Below, piece by piece: positions 39,532 through 52,368 of a stretch of DNA of 64,000 bases. Source of the DNA: Lama guanicoe (Eukaryota); assembly GCA_013239625.1 (NCBI GenBank), contig MU056000.1:13033175-13097174 (forward strand). The letters are read 5' to 3'. The notes beneath the pieces are model-generated. The model searched no databases and had not been told where the DNA came from. It saw only the letters and a program-made list of their open reading frames with translations. Every line of letters begins with the position of its first letter. The first letter of the stretch is position 1. The position numbers were made by a program, and so were the translations under genes.

Positions 39532-40889
39532 GAAGTCATGCAGTGATGTGTGAGTATATGCAGGCATTTTTATGAACATACAGAGAGTGACATCCTTATG
39601 GGGACAATTACTCTATTATCTACTGACTATAAGCATTTTTTTATTTTAGGATAAATAGACAGCATGGTATAAAAAAGAAATACTAAAGGATTGAATATTT
39701 AGGTGATGTGGAGGGACTGGAGCCATAGGACCAAGGAAAACATGAATTGATGACAATGGCTAAAATTATGTGATCTGGCTTATAATTTCTTATGTGAGAA
39801 ACTGTCAAGAATCTGAACAATCCCTTAGGTCCAAATATAAATTCTTTCCCCATGTCGGCTGCATTACTTAATTAGTGTTTATTTGCAAACCCTCAGCAAT
39901 TAATTTCCATGAGTTTAGTGGGACTATGCCACATTCATAATTATATTTCTTTAAAATATATGTGTATTTAAGAATAATTAATTTCATTGAAGATACATGT
40001 ATATGTAAGGAACAAAGGTAACTCTTATCCCCGTTCCTACAAAATCTCTAAAGTCACCAACTGCTAACAGATCAAGAAAGTCATTTCTGTTTACAAAAGC
40101 TGAGGCCTTTTTCCAAATCAAGACCTGTGTCAGCCTTTTCTCTGCAGCATCTGAGAACACCCCCCCCCCCAACCTCCTCCTTCTGTCTGGAGAGCTAGGG
40201 CATCCTTCTCAGGATTACTAATGCTAGTCAACACTGGGAAATAGGCGTATTTATGCCATCTACTGGATTTTTTAGAAAAATGCATTTTCAAATACCCAGA
40301 TGTTGCCTTTGAAAATTTCAGATGTGTAGGCTCTTTTGATTTCTATTTACAGTTCTGCGAAAATTTGAGAGATGCCATAATGCTATTAAATTTTGGATGC
40401 ACAGCTCAGCTTTCTTTGTGACACAGAACTAGATACCATAAGATGATAGAGAGCCGTTATCATATCATTTGCAAAAGTAAGGATATATCTAAATTAGTTC
40501 AGGTGTTAGATGGTTCCTGTCCATGTTAAAATCGTTACCCGGGAAGTCATGTCTCCTTTAACTTGCATCACTTTTTGATACAAGGACTTTAATTTACTAT
40601 AATTAAACAAAATGTTACTTCCTTTGCTTGTAAGTCCAGCTCATCATATACATGATCTTTATGGCTGCATAAGCTTCAACGGCATCCTTGAAATTTGTGA
40701 GTTTCTGGTGTAATATCTATATTTTCATCAATCTTTCTACCAAAAAAAGCTCAGTTGCACTAAGTCAAAAATAACAATAATAATGGTCTTTTTCTGGGTC
40801 TTTATTCATTGAGGTCTAGCATCAAGAAATTTAGATCAGGTATTCTAGACCCCATGTACTTTTGTTTTAGATAAAACAATATGTATATG

Positions 40890-40892
<3 letters not shown>

Positions 40893-40923
<31 letters not shown>

Positions 40924-40928
40924 CAGAT
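40893..40928. repeat. (AGAT)n tetranucleotide
   Basis: Seen directly. Confidence 0.95.
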
Positions 40929-42278
40929 CGATAGGTCTTTGCTATGTGAAAGACACTGTTAAAAAATTTAAAAGATTATCCATAGACTGAGATGTTTAAA
41001 TCACTTTTCTCACAAAGTACGTGTATCCAGAATTAAGAACACCAAAACTCAATAATAAAAAAAAACAACCCAAATAAAAAGAATGAACAAACTATATAAA
41101 TAGACACTTCATCAGATAAGGCTTACTGATGGCAAAAAGCACATGAAATAATTATTCAAAAAATTATTCATTGGGCAAATGGAAGTGGAAACAAAGCTGA
41201 TATTCTACTACACACTTGGACTGTTTAATCAAAAAAACAATGACAATAACAAAATGATGGTGAGGATATGGGCCACCTACACCCTTCTTATATATTGAGG
41301 CTGTGAATGCAAAATGGCACTTTGTGGAAAACAATATGGTAATTTATCACAGAATTAAACATACATGTTCATATGACCCAGCAATCCCACTTATTGGTGT
41401 TTTCCCAAGGTAAATGAAAACTTATGTTCACACAAAATCTAAATACACATGTTTACAGCAGCATTATTCATAATCAAACAAAAATTATATACAACTCATA
41501 TGGTTTTCATTTGTTGGATAAATAAAGGAGGTTTAACACATCCATACAAAGAAATATTATTCTGCAATTAAAAAGGAAGAATGGATTATTGATTCATCAA
41601 AGAATTTATCTAAATTTATTTTGCTATGTGAAAGACTCAAGAACTACATATTATTTGTCTCAATTTAAATAACTTGGAAAAGGCAAAACTGTGGAAACAG
41701 AAAAAATCAGTTTTCACCAGGGGTGGAGGGAGGGTGTGGTTAAAGACGAGCATCAGAAGGCAATACCTGTGGTATAGAATTTTCCTGCAGCACAGCTCTG
41801 GTGAATAAGACTCTACACATTTGTCAAGACCAACTGAACTGCACAAAGAGTGAATTTTACTCTGTGTAAATTAAAAAAAAAACAGAATATGGAAAGAATA
41901 CAAATAAAAAACAGAAGCATATTGAGAGTGGGGAAAAAAATATGTAACCTAAGTAACTTTGGAAACCAGAATTTTGATGGGTTGCTCTAAGACAAAAGAA
42001 AGAAAAACATTAAAAACACTAAAAAAGAAAATACCCACTAAAAAACATATAAGATCTTTATTTGGGTTAATAAATCTGTTTTTTTCCAGGAATATGAGTA
42101 TGGGAATCCTGAAAACTATGTTTTGCATATACTAGGATGGAACAAGTAAATAAATATCTTGTATGTAATGAGAGAGATATTTCTTACTCTTAGGGCAGAT
42201 AGAAATAAGGAAAGGTGAAGTCTAGAACCAACCCTAAGTAGATATGGAATCAGAGGTGTCATTAAAAGCTTGATTGTT

Positions 42279-42397
42279 TGAGATCTTCTGCCAGAGTTCA
42301 GTAGGTATTTGTGAGAACTGTTTCACATGTAGACATATTTTTGATGTATGTGGGAGAAGGTGAGCTCCACATCGTTCTATTCCACCATCTTGAAGTC
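42279..42397 (-). mobile_element. Isolated extreme 5' end of a younger L1, nested antisense in L1MC
   Basis: gttcagtagg...gagaactgtttcacatgtagacatatttttgatgtat...gggagaaggtgagctccac...tccaccatcttg is the reverse complement of an L1 5' terminus with a YY1-like caagatggtgg. Confidence 0.7.
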
Positions 42398-42435
42398 TTT
42401 AAAAAACCTATGTTTTAAAATTATAGATGATGGAT

Positions 42436-42463
42436 GATAGATAGATAGATAGATAGATAGATA
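42436..42463. repeat. (GATA)7 tetranucleotide
   Basis: Seen directly. Confidence 0.95.
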
Positions 42464-42726
42464 GTGTCTGTGTATGCATTGGTTGGTAGAGATTCATACA
42501 TGGTCCTTGTTCTATCCTCTCAGGTCTAAATTCGATGATACTCTAGTTGCAATGAGCATACCTAGAGCCCAAATCTTTGCTTCTAAATATTATTTTCCAT
42601 TTAAAGGATCCAGGATTGCTTAGGGAACTGGTAGATTCCAGGCCTAGAGCAGGGTAAATACAAGATAAATGTGGGAAGAAGATACAGTTTTGAAAAGTAA
42701 AGAATTATTCAAAATAATAAAATGTT

Positions 42727-42876
42727 CACTATGAGGTGATGAGTGCGTTAATTATCTTGACCTTAGTAATCATATCACAATATGCATGTATAACAAATCA
42801 TCATGTTATATTCTTCAAATATACACAATTATATTTGTTAATTATCACCAATAAAGTACAAAAAAAGAGGAAAGGG
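42727..42876 (+). mobile_element. L1MA-type 3' tail nested in L1MC
   Basis: gaggtgatg..tgcgttaattatcttga...aaatcatcatgttata...caataaag + A-rich tail; TSD-like ataaaatgtt / ataaatgtt. Confidence 0.75.
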
Positions 42877-44133
42877 AATAAATGTTGAAAGAGCTTAGAA
42901 GCCAACCTGTAAAAGCTCCCAATAGGCAAAGTTGGAATGATTTAAGCATTAAAATAAATATAATAATATTGGATAAAATCCACAGAGTAAAGTAAGCATT
43001 TGTAAGTTCACATTGGTAAAAGTAAATACTTAAATAATTAAATGAGGAAGAAGGGACAGCTCTCCCTCTCAGAAGAACTTTAATGAATATGGAAAAAAAT
43101 GAAGGAAATAGTGAAGGAAAAGAAAATCACCATTAACAGAACATTGAATTTTGCAGTCAGTTTCTACAAATGGATGCTAAACTTAATGGTGAGAAAAATT
43201 AATTACAAAAAAAGATGGTGAGAAAAATTGGGTTACTTCTTAATTACAAAGGGAGAAACAGGAATTACCAGTAGAGAAACCCAGCAGACACTGGATTAAC
43301 TAAATGGTCAAGGTCAAGCCGTCAATATCAACATCACAATCTCCTGGAGGGTTGATGTACTCAGAAGGATGAATCATTTTTGTGATATTCTTGCTCCAAA
43401 TGCATAACCATAGTTTAAGCATGAGAGAAATAAGACTAACCCAAATTGCAGGGCATTCTACAAAATAATGTACTTCAACTCTTCAAAAATGTCAAGGTCA
43501 TGAAAAAGTAAGAAAACACAGGACACTTTCATACATTGGAGATTGAGGAGACATGACAACTAAATGCAATGTAGGATCCTGGAACTGAAAAAACTAAAGT
43601 GGAAGTACTGTGGAACCCAAGCAAGTCTTCAGTTTTGTTCACTATATCCATGTTGATGATTTAGTTTTACTAAAAGTACTATGTTATGCAAGATCCAATA
43701 TTAGGAAAAGCTAAATGAAAGACAGATGGGAACTTATTGTACAAGTTTTATAATTTTTCTGTAAATCTAAATTATTGCAAAATAAAACTGAAATACTATA
43801 CTTTTTTAAAAGGTAGCTGTCTTAGTATTTATCTATCAAAATTTGTGTGTGTATGTTTAGTCATGTACATTTTTTGGACATTTCATCTCAATTTTTACAC
43901 TTTGATGTTGCAATATTTGTTTTTTATATTTCAGATACTTTTGTCATTATTTTTCACTCAGATGTTACTTTTTAACTTCTCTCAATTTTTCCTTATTGTT
44001 TGCAAAGGTCAATCAGACACATCAGCTTTTTGTAAACAACCTTCCATTTTGTTCTCCATCTGTTTAACACATTTTGACATACTTATTGGTTGTGCTAGGT
44101 TTTTCTTTTTTCTTTTTCCTGCCCTCTTCAATT

Positions 44134-44514
44134 TGTCAACATAAGAGGTAAACTGAGGCAAGCTCAAATGACCAGAAGTTGAGTTCATTTGGGAATGGCA
44201 GGGGGACTGCGATTCAGGAAATGCACGCCATAACCAGTTGCAAGAAAATCCATGGAGCATTTGAGGGGGTTGGGCAGGACTTGTGGGAGCAGAGCTGAAC
44301 AGGGGAAGTCCAGACAGAGTCCAAACAGTGAGTTCACTGGCTTGAGGATGGGAAGGGATTCCTGGGATATTCTTTGGTCAGGACATGCGTCTCCATCTTC
44401 TGTAAATCAGGCATTTGCAGGAAATCTATCTCTCAGTTCTTAAGTTCTGTTCTTCTGAGGGTGCCTGAATGAGATTCTCCATTTCATATTATCTGCTTCC
44501 ACGTTAGATTGACA
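44134..44514 (-). mobile_element. Solo ERV1 (MER4-group-like) LTR
   Basis: TGTCAA...TTGACA inverted termini; aaactgaggca...gagttcatttggg...ctgcgattcagga pattern of MER4-group LTR reverse complements. Confidence 0.65.
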
Positions 44515-44529
44515 GCTCCACAAATTAAA

Positions 44530-46457
44530 ACAAATGCTCCTACAAATCATTTTTTTTGATAATCCACAGCATTTGATAAATATATTCCATTTGTAATCTT
44601 TAAAGCAGGCAGAATTTAAGAATGTATTTTTGAAATTCCCAAGTATTTGGCTTTTTTGTTAATATTTTTCTAACTCCTGTATTTGATTCCTCAATTTATG
44701 ATACTGTGGTTAGTGAACATGGCTTAAATGTATCATTTTGAGGAATACATTAAGATTTTCTTTTTCACCAATGACACGTTCTCTTTGGCGATATTTCCCT
44801 TGTATTTGTTAATACACATGTAATGGTTTTTTAATGTGTTTATTATCTTCTTTGTAGTTTTGTACTTGATTTTTCTTTTCTGAGAGCTGTATTTAAAGAC
44901 ATTCACAATGCTTACTAGTCTGTCAGCTTCTAATTCTACTTTTGGTTCGTTTCTGACTTTTATAGTTTGAGGTTATATTATGTTTCAGATGTATGGGTTT
45001 ATGATTCTTATAGCTTCTTGATGGTTTTGTTTGTTTTGTTTTCCAGACTTGAGTTTTCCAAAAATTGGCTGAGTCTATAATTCTGGCTAAGACTTAAAAA
45101 TACACTTTACCTTCCACTCTTTGTATGTATATTATGCTACAGTCTTCTTCCAGACAGCGTTGCTGATAAGAAGTTTGATGTCAGTCTGGCTCTTGTTTTG
45201 CTCTGGGAAGTTTTTTTTTTTTCTTCCTTGGAAGCTCCTAGATTTTTTTCCCCTCTCTTATCACTTAGTCCTTCAGGATCTGGTATTTGTCCAGGTGCTG
45301 ATTGTTTTCAGTTTTATATCTGGGTTGGCCTTCAGTGGAACGTTTCAGTCTAAGTACCCAGATATTAGTTCCTCAGAATTCGTGGCTATGCTGCTTTTAA
45401 AAAAAATACTTTCGTCTCCCCATTTCTCTTCTCTAGTTCTGTACAGAGGCAGACGCTAGGACTTGTGAGCGTGATTTATGTAACTCGAGTTTTCTTTTTG
45501 CCTTTCCTCCTCTTTATCACTTTTGTATTGCATCCCAGGAAAACTAGTCAGCATGATCTTTTACATGATCATTATTTTTATTCTTATCCACCCATTCAGA
45601 CCACCATTAAACTTTAAAAGCTTATGGGCAATGCATGTGTACATATAAATACTGATATACAACATCTACAATATTTTTAGTTGGCAGCCTTATCTTATTT
45701 CTTGAATGTGTCCTCCTCAATTACCTTTCTGAATATATTGATGATTCTTAAACTAGTGCCGTATTTTGTTTTCTATTGATTCTTTTTTTAGAGATATGGG
45801 ATCTCCTCCTTCTTATCCTTGTTTGCCAATTTTGGCTTTGCCTAAATATCTGTTGGTTTGTGACCTTGCCCTTCTGTTGGCAGTGACATTGTTTCTGCCA
45901 TCTTTGTGTACAGCCTGTGGCCACGTTTGGGAAACACTGTTATTTTTAACATCCTCACCCGAGGTGTGATAGTTTAAGAGTATACTAAGAATGAAATACC
46001 TTAGTCTATATTTTTCTGCATGCTAGTGCTCTTATTACTTCTATGGGTCACCACGCATCAGGGAGGATGTCCTATCCTTCTGGGTTTCTTTTGCTTTTGT
46101 TGCAGGCAGAACCTTGTTCCTTCTCCCCAGACTAAGGGCAGAAGCCGTCCATCACGTTGCTGCCCGGCCTTGGGGATTCTCTGGTTCTCTGCATCCATCC
46201 ATCTCCTCCACGAATTGAATACCTTTGTTGCTGTGCCCACTGTTAGTGGCTGCGCTCAGCAGTCAGTTCTAAGCTGCTAATTTCCTCTCCTGTATTATCT
46301 GTCATGTGCCAAATTCTACTTCCTGTTTGCTAGTTTGTCTCTCCACGAACATATGCCTGTGTGGTTGCGCAGAGGTGTTTTCATGATTTACTATTGTTGC
46401 TGCAGATTTTCTAGGAATGGAGAAATCTCACAATGTGTTCAGATTATCATCTCCAAG
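44530..46457 (-). mobile_element. Highly decayed L1ME-type remnant
   Basis: T-rich strand; ctgtggttagtgaacat, tttgaggttatatta, gttgctgataagaagtttgatgtcagtctg motifs. Confidence 0.6.
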
Positions 46458-48579
46458 CAAATATTATAGTTTGTTTTGAGTCGATCTGTATTCTTATGTG
46501 CCATTTTTTGTATATCAAAAACAGTTGAATGGTAGCAACTTCATATGGTGCTACCCAATAATTTACTAACCACACCCTGCTTAGAGCACAGCTTTTGTGT
46601 GTGGTTGGAGTGTCTTACCTCAGTCATTATGTAGTGAAAATGAGTCCTGCCATTGTGTATCACCCACTGTTTTATTTTCTGAAGTGGTCACTTGTTCCTT
46701 TCGCAGTGTAAGTTCTCAAAAAAGTGCAGCAATGAAACACAGTATCAGTTCTTTCCAGGTATCTTTGAGGAGGTGTCTAAGTTGGATCTCTGCACTTGGG
46801 ATATGGTTTTCTCCAAAATGAGAACAAATTGAGTAGGAGTGGGCTCACTGCCTGCAGCTAAGTGGGGCAACTGGCTGTGGCAGGTTATATGTGATTAGAT
46901 CCACGATGTCTTCAGGAATACATCGGCTTCAGTTTACCAAGTTTCCTGGGGCTGCAAATGTGAGGGGATCTTATTTTCCATGGGATGTTCTGTGATTGTA
47001 CTAATTATGCACTAATGCAGGAAAGTTGTCACTGTCTCAACTTGTAAAAATTTTAAGTTTTCCCAACCAGAGATAATTCCTCTGTCACTTCCTATAAGGT
47101 TTGTTGTCTTGCAGGTACAAGGATCTTAGGTTCTCTTGGTCTTCGTCCTGCAGCCTTGGGTTTCAGGCTTATCTGGCTTTCCATTCGAGAAGCCCAATTT
47201 GGGGGAAACTTTCCCAGCACATCCTTCCCGGAAGAGTCCCAGCTCACACGTACCTGGCCCTCCCTCCCCACATCCAGGGAACCTGAGACAACAGTCTACA
47301 TATTTTTCATTGGGTTTTCTAGTAACTTCTTTCCACTTCTCTGGGTCTCACTAAAGATGTGGGACACTGGAGCCTGGGAAATCCAGGAAAATCTAGTAGT
47401 ACCTATTACTCCCTCAGCTCAGAAGATGCAGAGGCCCTGGCTTCAAGACTGGGCTCTTAGGCAACTGCAAATGATGTCGTCACATTATTTTGGGCAACTT
47501 GTAGCCTTGAAGAATAAATTTCTGATGACATTTGCTTGGAGTTATTGTCATCTTCCCCTTTTATCTCAGTTGGCATCCATTGAATGATCTAATTAAAATC
47601 ATTCCAGAAATAGAAAAAATCATTATTTAACATAGCTTTTAACTTGGAATTTTTCATTTTCTCATAAAAGTCACTTATTTTTCAAGTAGAAAGTGATTTT
47701 TAGACCCAGAGCTCCAAGCTTACAGTTTCCATCGCCAGAAGTGGGTTTTCTGATTATAAAACAACATTAACAACAGTACTGCTAACACAACTGTAGGGCA
47801 GATTCAGGAACCGTGGGAGTGTGAGGTTCATACAGTATTAAGTGTTTTCCTCAAGGAAAATGATACAAAGTAACAACCAGAAAGTTAAATTAGAAATGAA
47901 AATATTTATGATGAGAAAAGGAATAAGGATTACAATTTGTCAAAAACAGACCAAAAAAAATCACTACATCCAGACAATTATTTTAATATTTTTATTAATC
48001 AAAAAATTTTTAGTCAGCATTTTAATTTTTAAAATTTCAATATTTTTCAGACCTCTCCATACTTTTCTCTCCTAATTCTTTGGCTAGAGACACCTTTATA
48101 AACTTACTGTCTGGTAATTATCATGTATGATCATACTTGGTCATAATTTATTTTTTATCATTGCTAGTTTAGAAAGTTTTCTTTCACTTTCCCACCTTTT
48201 TATTGGAAACGTCAGACATAATTTTAGGATTGACAATTCAAGAGAACATGTATTAGGTTTTTTTCACGTGTGAGCCGTTTTGATGTGGGTGGCAGGTTAT
48301 GCAATTCCTTACAGGAATTCCAGTTCATCCTGTTGTGCAATATTCCCATCAGAAAAGATTGTTTTAAATGTCTAGCACATTCTGTTATGCACCTTATTTT
48401 GAAATATATTTCTAGGACAAGTGAACTTCCATTTTGAGAGGTTTTGTTGAGAAATGAATCCACCACGTTTTTCCATTGCCGATAACAAGGAGCATTTTCT
48501 GCAGGCTGCACCGGACTCCCTCCGTTCCAAGTCTGGTTGCTTTCTCACTGCCCTCGCACACCTGGGGCTGGGGGCTGCA

Positions 48580-48668
48580 GGGCATGTCTCACATCACAGA
48601 GCATCCTCGGGGCTAGCGCTGGCATGTCCCAAGCGCAGTGAGTTGGTACAGGGAATATTGGCTTGTCC
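48580..48668. promoter_or_regulatory. Candidate p53/p63/p73 response-element cluster
   Basis: GGGCATGTCT 48580-89 (perfect RRRCWWGYYY); GGGCTAGCGC+TGGCATGTCC 48610-29 (zero spacer, 2 mismatches); TGGCTTGTCC 48659-68. Confidence 0.45.
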
Positions 48669-50184
48669 GTGGCAGCCCTTACCCAGTGGAGCCAAGCGAT
48701 AAATTCACTCTGCTCAGAACTGTGAACTCTGTAAATACTCTCCACTAAACCCAAACTAAGTGTACCCCCAAATCCTTTATTGCATTTCAGTTGTACTTAC
48801 GGTCATTCAGCAGTAATGGACAGGAGAGGAAGGATGCAGAAAAGTAGGGGTTAAGTGGCAGGAGACGATAGACTTAGTCTAGTTTAAAAATTTACAAGAT
48901 TACAAATATACAAAAAAAGTCATGGTCATATCATATCATCCCTGCTGGGGTCTCTCCTCGGGCCTTTATAGGAGCCTGTACAGGTAAGGGGTCTGAAGCT
49001 TGCTGGGCTCAGTACCCTCAGGGCAACACACTGAGTTAAAGCAAGGTTACTTGGATTTAAATACTAAGATTTTACTTTTGCCTTTGTGTTGTGCCTCCTC
49101 ATTCTTACCCTCTAGAAAGAGTGTTTCAGTAAGAGTTAATCACACAGACTATAAAAATTCAGCCAAAGGGAATGTAACGTTGGTTCTTTTTAAAGGTGGT
49201 GATTTATACGCCTCAGACAACTCTCTTCAGATTCTGGAATTCTTATATTACACTGGCCGCCCCACAGCAAGGTAGGTAGGGATTAGTTACTATTGGCTGG
49301 AGCTCTGGCAGGTCTGGAAAGCTCCCCACTAAGGCTACGTCATTAATAGATTGTAGAAGGTTTGAAAGAACACCCGAGGAATTTGGGAAAACTCCAGGGG
49401 TACCATTGCACTGTCCTGAATTAAAGCGTTGGTGTGGCCTGTGTGATCATTATTGTGATGAGGAGCAAAGACCATTCACTCTACTGCTGACTGTGTGGTT
49501 ATTACAAACGACTAGTGTTATTCCAACTGTGGGATCCCTTTCAGTTCATACAGTTAGACCCTATTTGACTACAATGATCATACAGATATAATTTAACAAA
49601 GCATACTTCTACCCGTTACAGAATTTTGAACAGCATCGTGGGTTTACAAACAGCTTGATGTGACATGATTCCTGACGGCCTGTGGCAACGTGAAATGTTT
49701 GAAAAGAATGTGGAAAACATGTATATCTAATTTCAGAACTGAAGTTTAAGATCGTGCTGCTATTGTAGTGGTGTTTTTTTTCCTGGATTGCATATGATCT
49801 TTGCAGATCCCTTAATCCTCTGGAATCTCTTACTCTCTTCTAATAGGATCTACATTTTTGCAAAAGCTGCCTATTCAAGGCTATCACCAAAGAAGTATTT
49901 TTCTGCTTGTGACACAATGGGAATTGAATTATACCCCCGAATAATGAATATTCCACTTTGCTCAAAGCTCTCTTCTGTACTACAGAAAATTAGATTCGCT
50001 TTCTTAACTCTCAGAATCGTCTAACTAATGGAAGACACATCATGGCACAAAGGAGGGCCTGCGTTCTCAATAGGTGTTTATGTTGTTTAAAAAAAATTCA
50101 AAGAAAAGAAAAGGAAGACAGAAAGAAAATGCATTTAATAATATTCAACATTAGCCCTTTTTCTCTCATTTTCTCCACAATCTG

Positions 50185-50238
<54 letters not shown>
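50185..50238. repeat. Compound (TC)12(AC)15 microsatellite
   Basis: Seen directly. Confidence 0.95.
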
Positions 50239-50240
<2 letters not shown>

Positions 50241-50349
50241 ACATGCAGTCATATGTAATTCTGGATCAATAAAACAGTGCTCGCTAGCCATACTATTATT
50301 TATATTTCCTGGAAGTGAAAGTCAATGTGAGGTGTCAAGAGAAAAATCA

Positions 50350-51250
50350 GAAACTAAAGAGTAGGAAAAAGAAAAGTCAAATTATTGACTGCATCTGATT
50401 TTATTTTATAACTTAAAACACCTAAAAAATCACTGCAGAAGGGTGGGGGCATACCAGAACAACAAAATATCATTAGAACAAATAAGAAAAGCCAGCAAGA
50501 TGAATGGATATAGATAAATATAAATAGCAATTTTGCTATTTCTGGAAATACCAAACTAAAAATATAATGAAATCAATATTTCTATTTGTAACAAGGAGAG
50601 AAATACAATAAATGAAAATAAGTCTAACAAGAAATGGGCAAAACCTATATGAAGCCTGAAATAGATTTGAATAGTTAATGAAGTAAATAGAAAAGAACTT
50701 GGTTTTAGATATGGAAATTGAGGATTGTGTTATCAGTTCTCCTCAGTTAATCTCTGTCTTCCATGTGACTCTAAAGTTCATTTGCAAACATTAAATACTA
50801 AATAATCACACAGTCATGAGGAAGAGATGTAAAATGTGAGATTAGTAGTAGAAAATATTAAACAAGAAATTATTACGATTAAAACTGCTACTGAAAACTA
50901 AATAGACACACAGCTTAATGGTCATATGGAAACTAGCAAGAAATCAGCATAGGAGATTTAATCTGAAATGTCTTATCAGTGGAGAAATATAGTTTACTTT
51001 TCTACCTGTTTCTTAATTCTAAATAAACACTTTAAAATGAATTCATAGACACTTGAAGGAAAAAAAATAGATGAGTAGGTGTGTGAAAACCGTTCTTTAG
51101 CATAATCACGTCTAGAAGCCACACAAACGCACACGCGTGTGCTCAGTTCGGTGACTTGGACAACCTCGACACTTGTGTATAGCAAAAAAGACTACAGGCA
51201 AAGTGAACACTTGTTGGAACAAAGCTGTGATTTCTACAGTTTATCAATAA
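50350..51250 (+). mobile_element. Decayed L1ME-type ORF2 remnant
   Basis: aaagtcaaattatt, aaataagtctaacaagaaatgggcaaaacctatatgaa, cagttctcctcagttaatct, ctaaagttcattt motifs. Confidence 0.6.
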
Positions 51251-52368
51251 TGAGAGCAATTATTCTCATCCCTGTGTGTACTTTAGAAATAAAAATAACT
51301 TCAAAGTAAAAATTACATGCAGAAATTATTTGTAAGACGTGATAAACACACCCAAAAAATTTTCTGAGATTCAAAGTGATTAGCTCTAGCTTCTCCTCAG
51401 AGAAAATAGCAGTCTGATGTTAAATTCAAATTCTATTCAGTGCACCTTGGAAAGTTCCCTCTGCCAAAAGGGAAAAAGACTTATTTTCCAAAAAGTCTCA
51501 CACATCACATCTACTTGCATAATGTTCCCTTCTCATCAAGAACGGTTTCTCTGAAGTCCTGCATCTCCAGCGCTACTCCTTTCCTCTCTCTTCAGGTGTT
51601 TCAGAACATTGAAAAAAATGACAAAAAAAAGGTGGCTGTCAGTTTTTAGAGAATGAAAAATAGTACTTATTTCTGTACAAGGCGTATGCTTAGCTCAAGC
51701 GCTATTAGGGGGCAAAAGTCATATAATTTCAAAAGTCAACAGAGCAATATGGGCAATGTTGAGGGGTTTTGTCACTAAACCCTCAGTTTCACGGTGGTGT
51801 CTTCATGGTGGTCAGTACATTCTCTTCTCAGGAAAAGGGACGCTCATAATAGTTGAAGACATTCTGACATTTTTCCAAAAACTTCAAGGCTTTTTCTGAA
51901 TTCTTTGGCCAGGTTATCTCACTACTACCTCTTCAACTGAGTTTCAGTTTTGGCAAAAACCCTTTTAACTTTCCGAGTGAAAGTCCAGTTACTCCCTCCA
52001 CAAGACCCTTAGTTCAATCATAGGTAGACACGAGTGTGTCTCTGTTTAGTGGCGGTGATGTTTCCATCCCTACAGCACTTTTCACAGAGAAGTGAGCCCA
52101 CCTGTGAGCTGTCATTGACACTCCTAATCCTCCTTTCCTTCCTGTTGGGCACCATACAGTTTCCACACATTTGGGGCAAGACAGATCGATGCATAATTGA
52201 TCTAGAAGAGATCTAGAAGAGCCAAAAATGTGTCAAAGTGATCAGGAAGATGAAACACCACCTTGCAGATGTCCCCTGAGAATTGGAGTCCTACCACGGT
52301 TTCAACAGTTTATTGAGATGTCTGGGCAATGATTCTTCTTTCTGGCGGGACATTAAAAACACTGGTAA

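Larger units (their letters stand above)
40936..43790 (+). mobile_element. L1MC3/4-like LINE: ORF2 end and long 3' UTR
   Basis: catatgacccagcaatcccact (ORF2 3'); aaaggatccagg..tgattccagg-type motif at 42603-42660; ends tgtaaatctaaattattgcaaaataaaa. Confidence 0.85.

Noticed and set aside
49231..49271. Mini-exon-like segment encoding ILEFLYYTG, reminiscent of the BTB-domain LLEFLYTG motif
   Set aside because: It has an extra residue and no other BTB motifs nearby; a short match like this is likely coincidence
51580..51640. Strong acceptor followed by a 36-nt in-frame segment (VFQNIEKNDKKK)
   Set aside because: The donor GTGGCT is weak, the body is made of A-runs, and no partner exons were found
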